A program made the translations under genes and the position numbers. Under the pieces are notes generated by a model. That model did not search any database, was not told where the DNA came from, and was given only the letters and a program-made list of their open reading frames with translations. Shown one piece after another: positions 63,377 through 64,000 of a stretch of 64,000 nucleotides of DNA. Origin of the DNA: Candidatus Marinacidobacterales bacterium (GTDB lineage Bacteria; Acidobacteriota; Vicinamibacteria; Marinacidobacterales; SMYC01); contig OZ250169.1 of the NCBI GenBank assembly GCA_965237955.1, forward strand, positions 5,984,001-6,048,000, given 5' to 3'. Each line of letters starts with the position of its first letter. Position 1 is the stretch's first letter.

Positions 63377-64000
63377 ATGAGAGTCGCGACTCTATCGGGC
63401 GCGGTGTCGGCTTCCGGTCTGTGGCTTATCGATATCACTCGGCTGTCGGGCCTCGAGTTCGCCGGCGTATCGGACGCCGAGGCGGCGACGCGTGTGCTCG
63501 AAGTCACTGAGTCCGCTCTCTTGTCGATGGAAGCGAAGCTCCTTCTGATCCACATCGTCCTCGGCGCACTCCTGGGCGGGGCAGCAGGTGCATTCTTTCG
63601 CGGTCGTTTCACGTCGGTTCGGCTCGCCGCGGTGTCATCGCTGTTTACCGTCGCGATCGCGCTCTCATCTCTCTTCGGCATGGTCGCTCGCTACCCACAG
63701 CTATTCGCAGACCGGTGGTGGCTCTCAGGCGGCGCGCTTGCCTCTCTGCAGCGCGTGTTGACGCACGGTGTCGGAGCGAACGTGCTGGACGCGATTTCGG
63801 TAGCACTTCTCGTCGGTGCCGTGGCGGTGCCGTCGTTTCGCGTGCTCCGATACCGGAGGACGCTCTCGAAGAAGCTTGCCGTGGCCGCCGGCATTTTCGC
63901 CGCGATCGTAACCGTACGATCGGCACGATCGGACCTCGGCAACGGATCCAAAAGCGTACTGATCATCGCTACCGACTCGCTGCGTACGGAGAGCATCGAA
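63377..64000 (+). CDS. Membrane-anchored sulfatase-like hydrolase (runs off the window)
   Basis: TM helices, then SVLIIATDSLR in frame with ATG 63377. Confidence 0.7.
   Translation, partial: MRVATLSGAVSASGLWLIDITRLSGLEFAGVSDAEAATRVLEVTESALLSMEAKLLLIHIVLGALLGGAAGAFFRGRFTSVRLAAVSSLFTVAIALSSLFGMVARYPQLFADRWWLSGGALASLQRVLTHGVGANVLDAISVALLVGAVAVPSFRVLRYRRTLSKKLAVAAGIFAAIVTVRSARSDLGNGSKSVLIIATDSLRTESIE

Noticed and set aside
1-64000. CRISPR array or cas genes
   Set aside because: No regularly spaced direct repeats with unique spacers, and no Cas-like ORFs.

Overview
High-GC bacterial chromosomal segment. The gene set (fused membrane/spermidine-synthase genes, NHL and PD40 remnants, CM-PDT-DAHP fusion) looks Acidobacteriota/Vicinamibacteria-like, which is inference only. 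Core genes include pheA-aroF, cnoX/ybbN, E1-alpha, dacB, tRNA-Arg(CCT), a type IV pilin, apt, acyP, fabF/acp and ilvA. They are interleaved with heavy gene decay: frameshifts, nonsense codons, internal deletions and fused gene halves. Mobile DNA comprises two 1457-bp IS256 copies, two 1719-bp ISL3 copies, and IS91/IS1/IS5/IS256 remnants. One IS256 splits higB; an IS256 and an ISL3 together split a transglutaminase-like gene. The most notable non-coding signal is a pair of paralogous ~130-140-nt structured RNAs (52.4 and 53.6 kb). Each has its own sigma54 promoter and terminator, with a compensatory base-pair change between copies. Other signals are a long, highly structured ISL3 leader with DnaA-box-like motifs, a Phe/Tyr leader peptide before pheA-aroF, and a 137-bp direct repeat bracketing a 6.3-kb segment with two reductive-dehalogenase-like genes. 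No CRISPR array or rRNA was seen. All calls are by eye; no database searches were run.
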